A stretch of DNA of 62,973 bases, counting the filler, from Thraustochytrium aureum (taxonomy: Eukaryota), in the NCBI GenBank assembly GCA_012862495.1. It is 5 parts of 3 records of this genome, joined end to end, with 100 filler letters (N's around TTAATTAATTAA, not from the genome) between each part and the next. Parts side by side here need not be neighbours in the genome. Positions count along the whole stretch, not along the records: positions 61,771 to 62,973 come from BLSG01000286.1; 4 more parts are not named here. One strand, written 5' to 3'. Shown piece after piece: positions 62,113-62,973 of the stretch. The translations under genes and the position numbers were made by a program. The notes beneath the pieces were generated by a model, which saw nothing but the letters and a program-made list of their open reading frames with translations, had not been told where the DNA came from and did no database searches. Position 1 is the stretch's first letter. Every line of letters begins with the position of its first letter.

Positions 62113-62903
62113 CTATAGCGTAAACACGGCGGGCGGTGCCGCCTTGTCAGCGACCTCGGCGGCGCGGGCGCGCCTCGCGCGGACAACAAAGAGCGCTGCT
62201 GCTGCGCCTCCCACGATAAACACAACAACGACGACTCCGGTCCCCGCCGCGGAGCTGCTGGACCCCCCCCGCCTGCCGAGCCCGAGACCTCCACGTCGGC
62301 GCACGAGTTGTAGTACTCGCCCCCGTTGAACTCCCACCACCACATGAACGTGTAGGTGCCATCCTCGAGGTCGTCTGGCAGCGTGAACTCCCCGGTGCAC
62401 GGCGCGCCGTCGACGCCAGACTGGTTCGGGCTGCAGTTCGAGAAGGTTTGCTCGAGGCCCGGGTGCTTTTCTATCCAAGCGGCCTTGGAGGTGATCTCGC
62501 TGAAATCGTCGCCTGCGTTTACCTTGCCAATGAAGAGCTGCACGCCGCGCTGGGTGCCCACGGTTGCGTGGTTTTTGGCGGGCCAGCGCACCATGATCGT
62601 TTGCCCAGCAGACACCTTGGCCATCGGGTACTGATCGTTGTAGCTCTCTTCCACCGTGGCCTTTGGCTGCTCGACCGCGCCACACTTGAGCCCACCGGCC
62701 TCGACGGAGGCTTGCGGCCTCATGTCGCGGCCGACGTCCGCTGCGAAGGGCTGGCTGGGGCGGTCTTTCCAGTTCCGCGCGTACCCGCGGCACGTCTCTG
62801 TGGCTGCGTCCCAGTCGAGGCAGTCAAGCCAGCTGTGGGCCTCGGCCCCAGCGAGGGCTGCGAGCGCCACGACGCCCCTCAGCAGCGCGTTCCCGAGCTT
62901 CAT
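62113..62903 (-). CDS. LPMO-like (His1) secreted protein with a probable C-terminal TM anchor (frameshift in the G8 run at 62263-62270)
   Basis: Signal peptide ending AEA|HSW; WPAKNH; YTFMWWW..EYYNSCADVEV. Adding one G gives a linker, a TM helix and a basic tail. Confidence 0.75.
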
Positions 62904-62973
62904 GCTGGCTGGCAGTCTCGTTGGCCGATGCCGTGCTGGCAAACCGGTCAGTTTGGGCTCTGCCAGTGACTGC

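Overview
GC-rich, intron-poor eukaryotic nuclear DNA. The gene content (PH-MAPK, 7TM-RGS, Hv1, SERCA, METTL17, one GT-AG intron) suggests a stramenopile protist, possibly a thraustochytrid or other labyrinthulomycete; this taxonomy is inference only. The window is five draft scaffolds joined by artificial N44-TTAATTAATTAA-N44 linkers, with internal N gaps and many single-base frameshifts that look like sequencing errors. About 24 genes are supportable. Highlights: (1) a four-member family of modular secreted proteins built from a recurring Cys-bracketed head domain I cannot name, a Ser/Pro/Thr stalk and a MIDAS vWA domain, one member carrying a swapped head; (2) a probably membrane-anchored His1 (LPMO-like) protein; (3) unusual fusions: TMEM181/Wntless-like + class 3 lipase, 2OG-oxygenase-like + probable Ctr copper-transporter tail, P-loop kinase + PfkB kinase; (4) recurrent intergenic TACTCT/AGAGTA palindromes, CTAG/AGCT tracts and two minisatellites. 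No CRISPR array, rRNA, tRNA or recognisable mobile element was seen. All family calls are by-eye motif recognition; no searches were run.
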